Source: Candidatus Latescibacterota bacterium
GTDB lineage: Bacteria; Latescibacterota; UBA2968
Assembly (NCBI GenBank): GCA_965198115.1
Contig: OZ240241.1
Span: forward strand, 4,896,001 to 4,960,000
Direction: 5' to 3'
Length of the DNA: 64,000 nucleotides
Shown: one piece after another, positions 19,259 through 28,265 of the stretch
How positions within the stretch are numbered: position 1 is the first letter of the stretch
Layout of the letters: every line of letters begins with the position of its first letter
The notes under the pieces: model-generated
Told to the model about the DNA's origin: nothing
The model's input: the letters and a program-made list of their open reading frames with translations, nothing else
Database searches by the model: none
Program-made: the position numbers and the translations under genes

Positions 19259-19320
19259 TCAATCGTTCCGAACTCGACCCCCGTATCGTCGATTCGGGGG
19301 TCGAGTTCGGAATTGATTGA
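19259..19320. repeat. Long intergenic palindrome (REP-like)
   Basis: Perfect 18-bp arms TTCCGAACTCGACCCCCG (19266-83) and CGGGGGTCGAGTTCGGAA (19295-312), with outer TCAATC/GATTGA. Confidence 0.75.
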
Positions 19321-19705
19321 TAGGGTAGGAGGTATGTCCCTGACCGAATTTGGGAAAAGTCCAGACCGTCTCGGACCTGGCCGAGCTCGAGAGGGAGTCC
19401 AAAAAAAGAGCGGAGTATGAACGCGTGGCCTGCGCTCTCTCGAATTTTCCTGGATGGCTGGGTCGTCGGTCTGTCGGAAGGCTATACCCGGCGGGCGAAC
19501 TCGGTGAACCCGCTGTACCCCGGGACGATGGATCTGATCGGAAGGTCACCCAATGCGAAAGGGCCTATATCACTCAAGGACTGCCCACCGTTTTCAAGAT
19601 CACACCGATCGGGGAGCGTGGCGGTCTCGACGCGTTACTGGCGCGTCGGAAATATGAAAAAGTCGCGACAACACGAGTCCAAACGCTTACCTTGAACGGC
19701 GCTTA

Positions 19706-20999
19706 GGGTTTGCCACGAAATAAGTGCTGCACTTTTCAAGGTAATGATCTTACGCTCGGAGTGTGGACGTCGAAACTCTCCGAACGAAGTATGAAGCCTT
19801 GGCTCCGGTGCTGACGGAACGCACGCGTCGTCTGTGGGCCGCCACGGAAGCCGAAGCGTTGGGTCACGGTGGGATCGCGATTGTGGCTCTGGCGACAGGA
19901 ATGTCCAGAGAGCGGATCTTTCGTGGCATTCAGGAGTTGAGGTCGGACGAACCTTTGGACCCGGCTCGCATCCGGCGTCCAGGCGGCGGTCGTAAGCGGA
20001 AGGCCGACACGGACCCGACGCTGTGGCAGGACCTGAATGATCTGGTCGAGCCAACGACTGCGGGGTCGCCTGACGACAATCCTCTGAGATGGACATCGAA
20101 GAGCACTCGCAAACTGGCCGCCGAGTTGCAAGCGATGGGGCATTCGGTGAGCCCCAGGATCGTTGCCAATCTCCTGCACGAACACGATTACACGCTGCAG
20201 GCGAATCGGAAGACAAGGGAGGGATCTGCACACCCGGATCGGGACGCTCAGTTCGTTTACCTCGATGATCGGATTAGCCAGCAGCAGCAGCAGGGCCTTC
20301 CCGTTATCTCGGTGGACACCAAGAAGAAAGAGTTGATCGGCGACTTCAAGAATCCTGGCCGAGAATGGCGACCCAAGGGAGACCCGGAGCGTGTGAAGGT
20401 ACACGATTTCATAGTGCCTGCTCAGGGCAAGGCGATCCCTTATGGAGTGTATGATCTGAGCCGTGATGAAGGCTGGGTAAGTGTCGGTATCGATCACGAC
20501 ACGGCCAGCTTCGCCGTGAATGCGATCCGAAGTTGGTGGAAGAACATGGGACGGCCCGCCTACGGCACTTCGACGCATCTGCTAATCACGGCGGACGCAG
20601 GCGGCAGCAACGGCGCCAAGACGCGGCTGTGGAAGTGGGAGCTGCAGCGCTTTGCGAATCGCACTGGCCTGACGATCACCGTATGCCACTACCCTCCTGG
20701 CACTAGTAAGTGGAACAAGATCGAACATCGCCTGTTCTCCTTCATCGCTATGAACTGGGCGAGGCAAGCCCCTGGTCAGCCTGGCTGCAACCGTTAATCT
20801 CATTGCCGGAACGACCACTCAAGCCGGTCTCCGAGTACGCTCCGAGATCGACAAGCGACCCTACCCTAACGGGGTCAAGGTGACCGATGAACAGATGACC
20901 CAAATCGATCTCACTCCGCACGATTTCCACGGCGACTGGAACTACACGATCCGGCCAATGGCTCAACATTGAGATCGACCGTTTATTTATTCCGAACCC
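19706..20999 (+). mobile_element. ISAzo13-family insertion sequence, copy 2
   Basis: Same ends as copy 1, with a TTA duplication at 19703-05 and 21000-02. Confidence 0.92.
19763..20972 (+). pseudogene. ISAzo13 transposase with the same frameshift as copy 1
   Basis: Translation identical to 8037..9071; extra G at about 20757-59. Confidence 0.85.
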
Positions 21000-21442
21000 T
21001 TAGAACGACCCCGGGGATGGCGAAATCCTGGACCGCGTGGGCGAATCGTGGATGGCCGACTATGGTCGCCTCAAGCGGATTGACGGCGCAGAACTGGCCA
21101 AAACGCGAGCTGTGCTGGATCGGATCGGCGTCACGAAACGGTTCGCATCGATTCGGATGGACGGACGGCGTGTGGCGGCCGGTCTGGCAGCGATCGAAGG
21201 CGATCACGTCGGTCTATTCGGGATCGTGACGGATCCGGATTACCGGCGGCGTGGGCTCGGACGCATAGTGACACACGCGTTGATCGAGGCCGGTCGCCGG
21301 TGCAGCGCACGGTTGGCCTACCTGCAGGTCGAAGCGGACAATCCCGCCGCCTTGACTCTTTACGAGTCGATGGGATTCAGGGACGTGTATCCCTACTGGT
21401 ATCGCGTCAAGGATGTTCCCGAGAGCTGAGGGCGCACAGAAG

Positions 21443-22327
21443 ATGGACCAGATCATCCAGAAGGCGGCGACGCTGATCGAAGCCTTCCCCTACATCCGGT
21501 CGTTCCGGGACAAGATCGTGGTCGTCAAGTACGGCGGGAGCACTCAGCCCGATGAAGGCGGTTCAGACACGATCATGGCCGACCTGGTGTTTATGGAGAC
21601 CGTGGGGATGCGCCCCGTCGTCGTCCACGGGGGCGGCAAGGAGATCAGCCGACGGCTCGAGGAAGAAGGTGTCGAGTCGACCTGGGTCAACGGTCTTCGT
21701 GTGACGGATGAGACGACGATGCGCGTGGTGGAGGAAACCCTGTTCGGTGTCGTCAATCGACGTATTGTCGAGGGTGTTGAGGAGGTCGGTGGGAGCGCTA
21801 GGGGAATGTCGGCCAAGGATGCGGGCATTATGCGTGTGCGTCAGCACTTCGCGAAGGCCGTGGTCGATGGCGAAACCGAACAGGTCGACATCGGCTTCGT
21901 AGGAGATGTCGAAACGATCGATGCCGAGCCGATTCGGCACGCGTGCGAGGAGCTGACGATTCCCGTGATCACGCCGATCGGAATGGGCCCTGACGGGCGA
22001 AGCTACAATGTGAACGCCGATACGGCGGCAGGTGAGATCGCCCGTGCCCTACAAGCGGAGAAGTTGGTGTTTTTGACGGACGTGAACGGGATCTGCAGAG
22101 ACCCGAGCGATGCCGAAACGCGGATTTCTACCCTGCACGTGAACGACATCGATGAGCTTTTGCAAGAGGGGATTATTCAGGGCGGAATGATCCCGAAGGT
22201 TCTTGCCGGAGAGAGCTCGGTCAAAGGCGGTGTGACGAAGACGCACATCATCGATGGACGACTACCGCATTCGCTGCTGCTTGAAATATTCACACGCGAG
22301 GGCATTGGGACACAGATCATACAATAA
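21443..22327 (+). CDS. argB: Acetylglutamate kinase
   Basis: LIEAFPYI, VVKYGGS, VHGGG, GLRVTD, YNVNADTAA, GGMIPKV, HSLLLEIFT. Confidence 0.95.
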   Translation: MDQIIQKAATLIEAFPYIRSFRDKIVVVKYGGSTQPDEGGSDTIMADLVFMETVGMRPVVVHGGGKEISRRLEEEGVESTWVNGLRVTDETTMRVVEETLFGVVNRRIVEGVEEVGGSARGMSAKDAGIMRVRQHFAKAVVDGETEQVDIGFVGDVETIDAEPIRHACEELTIPVITPIGMGPDGRSYNVNADTAAGEIARALQAEKLVFLTDVNGICRDPSDAETRISTLHVNDIDELLQEGIIQGGMIPKVLAGESSVKGGVTKTHIIDGRLPHSLLLEIFTREGIGTQIIQ

Positions 22328-22412
22328 TCGAGGATCGAATATCGAGAATCGGGTCTTTGGCTGGCTGAGGGGCGAGCGCAAAGGAGCCAATATTCGATCC
22401 TCGATTCTCGAT
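22326..22412. repeat. Inverted pair of heptamer tandem arrays (ATCGAGn)
   Basis: atcgagg-atcgaat-atcgaga-atcgggt followed by the complementary array; perfect 17-bp inverted repeat at 22326-42 and 22390-406. Confidence 0.75.
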
Positions 22413-22436
22413 GACCACATCGAAAGGGCTTGGCGA

Positions 22437-23639
22437 ATGACGACGCAGGAGATCATTGACCTAGAACAGAAGTACATCCTACAAACGTATGGTCGGCCGG
22501 AGTTCGTGTTCGAGAAAGGTGACGGAGTTCATCTTTTCGACACCGAGGGCAACAAGTATCTCGATTTCGTGAGTGGGTTGTCGGTGAATGCGCTTGGCTA
22601 CGGGAACAAGCTGATCAGCGACGCAGCGGCCGCGCAGACGGAGAAGCTGATTCACGTTTCAAACCTGTATCATACGATTCCCGCGCCACAGCTCGCGCAG
22701 CTTCTGTGCGAGGCGTCCTTCGCCGATCGCATCTTCTTCTGCAACAGCGGGACGGAGTCGTGGGAGGCGGCGTTGAAGTTCGCGCGGAAGTGGGCCTTCA
22801 AGACATTTTCCGACAATCCAAAGCACAAGTTTGTCGCGATGAACCAATCGTTCCACGGCCGGACTTATGGTTCGATCTCATCGACGGGTCAGCCGAAGTA
22901 TCATCAGGGGTTCGAGCCGATGTTGCCGGGGATTTCGTTCGCCGATCTGAACGACCTGGAATCTGTCGAGAAGCTGGTCGATGCAGAAACAGCAGCCGTG
23001 CTGGTCGAGCCGCTGCAGGCAGAAGGCGGGATCAACGCGTCCGACCCCGAGTTCCTAAAAGGGCTCCGAGCGCTGTGCGACGAGATGGGGATGTTGCTCG
23101 TGTTCGACGAGATCCAGTGCGGGCTTTGCCGGACGGGTACGCTGTGGTGTTACGAACAGTATGGAGTCACACCGGATATCATGACCCTCGCCAAGCCGTT
23201 GGCAGGGGGCTTCCCGATCGGGGCGACGATGATGACGCAGAAGGTTGCCGATGCTGTCGATCCGGGCGATCACGCGGCGACGTTCGGTGCCCACCCGGTT
23301 TCCTGCGCGATCGCGATCGAGGTGTTCAAGACGCTCTCGGATCCGAGTTTCATCGCGCGGGTCAAGGAGAGCGGTGATTATCTGAGGTCGCAACTGGAGG
23401 CGGTCAAGGCCAGGCACGAGGACAAGATGACAGAGATTCGTGGCCGTGGGCTGATCGTGGGTGCAGTATTGAGCGATATCGGCGCCGCCGACGCGATGAA
23501 TGCCATCCGGGAGGAGACGGGTGTGGTCGTCTGTGTGGCCGGCCCCGACGTCGTGCGTTTTCTGCCTCCTCTGGTCGTCGAAAAGTCGCACATCGATGAA
23601 GCAGTCGGCGCGTTCGGCGACTTCCTCGACAAGGCGTAG
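22437..23639 (+). CDS. argD: Acetylornithine aminotransferase
   Basis: YLDFVSG, HVSNLY, FFCNSGTE, SFHGRT, FDEIQCG, TLAKPLAGG; operon context. Confidence 0.93.
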   Translation: MTTQEIIDLEQKYILQTYGRPEFVFEKGDGVHLFDTEGNKYLDFVSGLSVNALGYGNKLISDAAAAQTEKLIHVSNLYHTIPAPQLAQLLCEASFADRIFFCNSGTESWEAALKFARKWAFKTFSDNPKHKFVAMNQSFHGRTYGSISSTGQPKYHQGFEPMLPGISFADLNDLESVEKLVDAETAAVLVEPLQAEGGINASDPEFLKGLRALCDEMGMLLVFDEIQCGLCRTGTLWCYEQYGVTPDIMTLAKPLAGGFPIGATMMTQKVADAVDPGDHAATFGAHPVSCAIAIEVFKTLSDPSFIARVKESGDYLRSQLEAVKARHEDKMTEIRGRGLIVGAVLSDIGAADAMNAIREETGVVVCVAGPDVVRFLPPLVVEKSHIDEAVGAFGDFLDKA

Positions 23640-23643
23640 GGCA

Positions 23644-24906
23644 ATGACTGTTTCGGAGCTCAAGGGAAAGACGATCGCGCTCGCTGCGTCGGGTGGTTTG
23701 GACAGCTGCACAGTGACGCGCTGGCTCGTCGACAACGATGTGACGGTCGTGAGCCTGACCGGCGACATCGGGCAGCCGGACGAGACGGACATCGAAGATG
23801 TCCGAACACGGATGCTAGCGTCGGGGGCGTCCGATGCCGTGTTGATCGACCTCAAGCAGGAGCTGGCGGAGACGGCGGTGATGATGCTCCAGGCCAACGC
23901 CCGGTATGAGGGAGGCTACTGGAACACGACGGGGATTGCACGGCACGTGACGACACACGGGCTCGTCCGGGAAATGAAGGCACGAGGGATCGACGTCCTT
24001 GCCCACGGGGCGACTGGCCGTGGGAACGACCAGGTCCGGTTCCAGCTGGTTGCAAATATGCTCGATCCCCAGGTGACGGTCTACGCGCCGTGGCGGGACG
24101 AGGCCTTTCTGGAGCACTTCGGGGGACGACGCGAGATGATCGCGTATTGCCAGGCGCGCGGGATTCCGATTACGGCGACTCAGGACAAGCCCTATTCGAC
24201 CGACGCCAACTTGCTCGGACTGACGCACGAGGCCGGGAAGCTCGAGTCCCTGGAAGTGGCGGCCGACTTCATCGAGCCGGGAATGGGAGTTTTTCCCGCG
24301 AAAGCACCGGACCGTGCAGAGTCATTTCGCGTGAGGCTGGAACAAGGTTGGCCGGTTGAGATCAACGACGAGCGTGTGGAGGCGCTGGACGCTCTCTTGA
24401 AGGCCAATGAGAGCGGAGGCCGAAACGGGATCGGCATCGGGATCCACACCGTCGAGAACCGGTTCGTGGGAATCAAATCGAGAGGCGTCTACGAGAGCCC
24501 GGGACTGAGTTTGCTCGGGGTCTGTTACGAATTTCTGCTTCAACAGATCGTGGATCGCAGGGCGAGAAGGTTTTACGAAACCGTGTCGCAGGCGATTGCC
24601 GAACAGATCTACCAGGGATATTTCTACGACCTGGGGTCTCAGATGATGCGGTCTGCACTGGCCCCCGTTTCTGCCCTGCTGACCGGCACCGTGACGGTGG
24701 CGCTCTACAAGGGGACGGTGACGTTCCAGTCGTCGAACGATGTGCCCCACTCCCTCTACTCGGAAGAGACCGCTTCGATGGAAGCGGTCGGGGATTACGA
24801 TCATCGGGATTCCGAAGGGTTCCTGAATGTCCTGAGTGTGGGGGCGAAGGCGGATCACTCGGCTGGACAGATCGAGCGATCGTTGCTGGAGAGATTGGAC
24901 AGTTGA
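23644..24906 (+). CDS. argG: Argininosuccinate synthase
   Basis: SGGLDS, HGATGRGNDQVRF, YSTDANL, ENRFVGIKSRGVYESPG. Confidence 0.95.
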   Translation: MTVSELKGKTIALAASGGLDSCTVTRWLVDNDVTVVSLTGDIGQPDETDIEDVRTRMLASGASDAVLIDLKQELAETAVMMLQANARYEGGYWNTTGIARHVTTHGLVREMKARGIDVLAHGATGRGNDQVRFQLVANMLDPQVTVYAPWRDEAFLEHFGGRREMIAYCQARGIPITATQDKPYSTDANLLGLTHEAGKLESLEVAADFIEPGMGVFPAKAPDRAESFRVRLEQGWPVEINDERVEALDALLKANESGGRNGIGIGIHTVENRFVGIKSRGVYESPGLSLLGVCYEFLLQQIVDRRARRFYETVSQAIAEQIYQGYFYDLGSQMMRSALAPVSALLTGTVTVALYKGTVTFQSSNDVPHSLYSEETASMEAVGDYDHRDSEGFLNVLSVGAKADHSAGQIERSLLERLDS

Positions 24907-24947
24907 TCCTCCTCGCGACTCTGTCGCTCGGGACCGTGGACGGTCGG

Positions 24948-24990
24948 CCCTTCGCTACGCCTGCTGCGCAGGCTACTCAGGATGGGCGGT
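24948..24990 (+). repeat. REP-like element, same family as 203..398
   Basis: CCCTTCGCTACG, hairpin GCCTGC/GCAGGC, then CTACTCAGGATGGGCGGT. Confidence 0.65.
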
Positions 24991-25121
24991 AGGCGGATGT
25001 GATGGCTTCGCCTTTTTGCAGAGCGGACACGGATGACAGAGTAGATAGACGTGGAGTTTCGGTTCGGCGTTGATCGATCTGTGGTTCTTCGTTCTCGATA
25101 CTCGATTTCAACGGTGAGGAA

Positions 25122-26516
25122 GTGACCGACAAAAGGGACAAGCCCTGGTCGGGGCGGTTCGAAAAGACGACCGAAAAGCTGATGGAGCGGTTCAACGCTT
25201 CGATCGGGTTCGATCGACGGCTCTACCGTGTCGACATCGAGGGTAGCCGTGTCCAGGCCCGGGCGTTGGCCGCGATCGACCATCTGACCGAGGATGAGAT
25301 GACACAGATTCTCTCGGGGCTGGATCGTGTGGAGAAGGAGATCGAGCGAGACGAATTCCCGCTGACGGACGATCTGGAAGACATCCATATGGCGGTCGAA
25401 AAACGATTGATAGAACTCATCGGTCCCGTCGGGGGTAAGATCCATTCAGGGCGAAGCCGCAACGATCAGGTGGCGCTGGACGAACGACTTTACCTCCGGG
25501 AGGCGGTTGAGGGGACGGTCGAACGGTTGGAAGCTCTACAGGCGGCGGTGGTCGCGACGGCCGAACAGCATCTGGACACGATCTTGCCGGGCTATACGCA
25601 CGTTCAGCAGGCTCAGCCGATTCGGTTGGCTCACTGGGCGTTGGCGCTGTTCTGGATGCTGGATCGGGATCGAGGGCGATTCGAGGATGGCTGGGCGCGT
25701 GCCGATGAGAGCCCCCTCGGGTCGGGTGCTCTGGCGGGGTCGGCCTATCCCGTCGACCGCGAACAGATGGCGCTGGACTTGGGGTTCGCCGGTGTGACTG
25801 AGAACAGTATTGACGCCGTGAGCGATCGGGATGCGCTGCTCGAGTTTTTGTCGGCGTCGGCGATCACGATGATGCACTTGAGCCGGTTTTGTGAAGATCT
25901 GATTCTATGGAGTAGTTCCGAGTTCGGGTTCGTCGAGCTGGACGATGCCTACTCGACCGGATCCAGTATGATGCCGCAAAAGAAGAACCCCGATTCCCTG
26001 GAGCTCGTTCGCGGGAAGACAGGCCGTGTCTACGGAAACTTGACCGCGCTGCTGACGGTGATGAAGGGTGTGCCGTTGACCTATTCGAAGGATATGCAGG
26101 AAGACAAAGAGCCTTTATTCGACAGTGTCGACACGCTGTGGATGTCACTCGAAGTTTTCACAGGGGCGTGGTCGACGCTGCGGGTCAACGTCGATCGAAT
26201 GGGGTCGGGTATGGATGGCGCCATTCTGGCCACGGATCTGGCCGACTATCTCTCGCACAAGGGTCTGCCGTTCCGGGATTGCCACCACATTGTGGGGCAA
26301 CTCTCTCGGAAGGCGCTCGACCAGGGCAAGCGACTCGACGACCTGACGCTCGAGGCCTTGCGTGCCGAATCGGCTCTGTTTGAGGAGGACGTATTCGATG
26401 TGCTGTCGCCCGAGCGGAGCACGAATGCGCGAACGGTGTCCGGTGGGACCGGCAGAGCGGCGCTGTCAAAACAGATCGAGGCGGCTCGTCGCCGTATGGA
26501 TGAATCGGGGTCATAG
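25122..26516 (+). CDS. argH: Argininosuccinate lyase
   Basis: WSGRF, GRSRNDQV, PGYTH, STGSSMMPQKKNPD, YSKDMQEDKE. Confidence 0.96.
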   Translation: MTDKRDKPWSGRFEKTTEKLMERFNASIGFDRRLYRVDIEGSRVQARALAAIDHLTEDEMTQILSGLDRVEKEIERDEFPLTDDLEDIHMAVEKRLIELIGPVGGKIHSGRSRNDQVALDERLYLREAVEGTVERLEALQAAVVATAEQHLDTILPGYTHVQQAQPIRLAHWALALFWMLDRDRGRFEDGWARADESPLGSGALAGSAYPVDREQMALDLGFAGVTENSIDAVSDRDALLEFLSASAITMMHLSRFCEDLILWSSSEFGFVELDDAYSTGSSMMPQKKNPDSLELVRGKTGRVYGNLTALLTVMKGVPLTYSKDMQEDKEPLFDSVDTLWMSLEVFTGAWSTLRVNVDRMGSGMDGAILATDLADYLSHKGLPFRDCHHIVGQLSRKALDQGKRLDDLTLEALRAESALFEEDVFDVLSPERSTNARTVSGGTGRAALSKQIEAARRRMDESGS

Positions 26517-26528
26517 GGGTCGTTCTGT

Positions 26529-27152
26529 ATGAGGTGGTTCCGCGAACGGGATGTTCGCCGACAGTACGACCTGTTGCAGCATACAGAAGAGCGTGGCGTC
26601 ACCGCGCTGCTGGCTTCCGATCGTGACCAGGTGATCGGTCTGGGTCTGTTCGACAACGAAGACGATTTCGTGTCGGAGTGTGCCCGATACAACCGAAACG
26701 GTATGCTCTACGTGGGTGTCAATCCGCGCAGGACGAGCCTACTCGACGACTACGGAGGATTGCGGAACAGGGTTCGGACCTTGATTTCGGATGTCTGCGT
26801 GACGGACGATGTAAACTTCGTGACGGGGCTGGCCGTTCCGTCGTCAACCGTCCTGTCCGACGAGATGACCGCGTTCGCGAACGATGCCTCGGTTCTGAAC
26901 GATGGGCACACCTTTTTTGCGCTGGACGAAGCCCTGAAGGTCGAGGAAGATGCTGAATCGCTCGAGCATCGGGTGAAACAGCGGATTACGGGGTTTCCAA
27001 CGGGCTGGTCCTACCGGCTGCTTCAATACATCCCCGTGGTGGGCACCGCCCGAGCCGAGCCGGGTCTGTTCAAACGGAGGTTCCGATTCCGTCGCTTCCG
27101 ACCCTACTTCATCGACGGACTGTGCGGCCACCTGGGCGGAACCACAGGTTGA
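26529..27152 (+). CDS. Hypothetical protein resembling a degenerate primase (AEP/RepB-like) domain
   Basis: Clean ORF 12 nt after argH; GLFDN...YVGVNPR...NR...DD pattern. The family call is by eye only. Confidence 0.65.
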   Translation: MRWFRERDVRRQYDLLQHTEERGVTALLASDRDQVIGLGLFDNEDDFVSECARYNRNGMLYVGVNPRRTSLLDDYGGLRNRVRTLISDVCVTDDVNFVTGLAVPSSTVLSDEMTAFANDASVLNDGHTFFALDEALKVEEDAESLEHRVKQRITGFPTGWSYRLLQYIPVVGTARAEPGLFKRRFRFRRFRPYFIDGLCGHLGGTTG

Positions 27153-27227
27153 GCGAGTTTATTGAAACTGGGCAAGATGCAAGGCGTCTGCCAAAGAGCA
27201 GCGCACAACGAGCCCAGGAATGATCCT

Positions 27228-28265
27228 ATGAACAGACTCTACAGAATCATATCGGCCTCCCTTTCTGCCGCAATGCTGTTGACGACGATTTTGCCGTCGG
27301 CCGTTTCTGCCCAGTACGAACGTCGAGATCGGGGCGAAGAAGATCGAGGATTCGACGAGATGGAAGGCGCGATCGACCGAGCGGTCGTCGAACGCGAGGA
27401 GGGCGGCTGGTCGATCGTCGACACTCGAACGGTAACGGGTCGAGTGGTGGTTTTGAGCCCTGTCGTCGGTCGGGAGATCGACCTCGACGAGGGTGTCCGC
27501 TTCTCGATGTTTCAGGGTCCATCGGAGTTCAATCGGTTGGCCGGCGTTCGCTTTCTGGCGACTTCGGTACCGGGGTTCCGGAACGCGGTGTTCATGACCC
27601 GCGGGGAGGGCCGATACGGCGTTCGTATCGAATTCGAGTCGGGGGGCGAGGTGCGACACCGTGTTGTTCGGGTGCCCGAAGACGACCTGCGTAAAGCGCG
27701 TGAGTACGTCGAGAACTTCATCGACATCCGGCGACGGAACTACAAGATCGAGAAGCGATCGAAGATTGAGGACGACGAAGAATACCCAAAGGTCACGGAG
27801 GAGGAGATCTCGTTCGAGACTTCTTTCCCACGGTTCGTTCTGGCGCGACGCATCGATGGCGGTCTCGTCCTGCGAGACGGGCGGGAGCTCGATGGGGAGC
27901 TGGTTCCGGCGTTCGACGACGGTCAGATTGTGCTCCAGCAGGGGTTCGACACGCTACGGATCCCGGTCGAGAACATCGAGAGCATCCGCACATCGGGGAG
28001 CAAGAGCTCGACCGCCGCACGCCGCGCCGTGCGGTCAGGCATTGGGGGTGCCTTTACCGGGGCACTGATCGGCGCCCTGATCTCCTGGCAGGGGGGCGGG
28101 GATATCGGGTCGAACGTACTTCTGGGGACGACGATTTTCGGGATCGCTGGTCTCATTACGGGTTTCGTCACGGGGGCGGGACAGGGAAGGAGCGCGCGAG
28201 TGATTCCGCTCGATCCGCCCGAAAGAAAGGGTGGTTCCAACCGCCAAGACGAGGACGACAGATGA
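27228..28265 (+). CDS. Hypothetical exported protein with a C-terminal glycine-rich membrane segment
   Basis: Signal peptide (MNRLYRIISASLSAAMLL...AVSA) and glycine-zipper-like GIGGAFTGALIGALI...GLITGFVTG. Confidence 0.75.
   Translation: MNRLYRIISASLSAAMLLTTILPSAVSAQYERRDRGEEDRGFDEMEGAIDRAVVEREEGGWSIVDTRTVTGRVVVLSPVVGREIDLDEGVRFSMFQGPSEFNRLAGVRFLATSVPGFRNAVFMTRGEGRYGVRIEFESGGEVRHRVVRVPEDDLRKAREYVENFIDIRRRNYKIEKRSKIEDDEEYPKVTEEEISFETSFPRFVLARRIDGGLVLRDGRELDGELVPAFDDGQIVLQQGFDTLRIPVENIESIRTSGSKSSTAARRAVRSGIGGAFTGALIGALISWQGGGDIGSNVLLGTTIFGIAGLITGFVTGAGQGRSARVIPLDPPERKGGSNRQDEDDR

Larger units (their letters stand above)
19334..21429 (+). pseudogene. GNAT-family acetyltransferase, frameshifted and split by ISAzo13 copy 2
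   Basis: 5' part has SMNAWPAL...DGW...GYTRRANSVNPL and VFKITP. 3' part has GLFGIVTDPDYRRRGLG...YLQVEADNPAALTLYESMGF. Confidence 0.85.

Noticed and set aside
21001-21003. In-frame TAG in the reconstructed GNAT gene as possible pyrrolysine or readthrough
   Set aside because: No pyl genes are visible, TAG ends many genes here, and the gene has other lesions.
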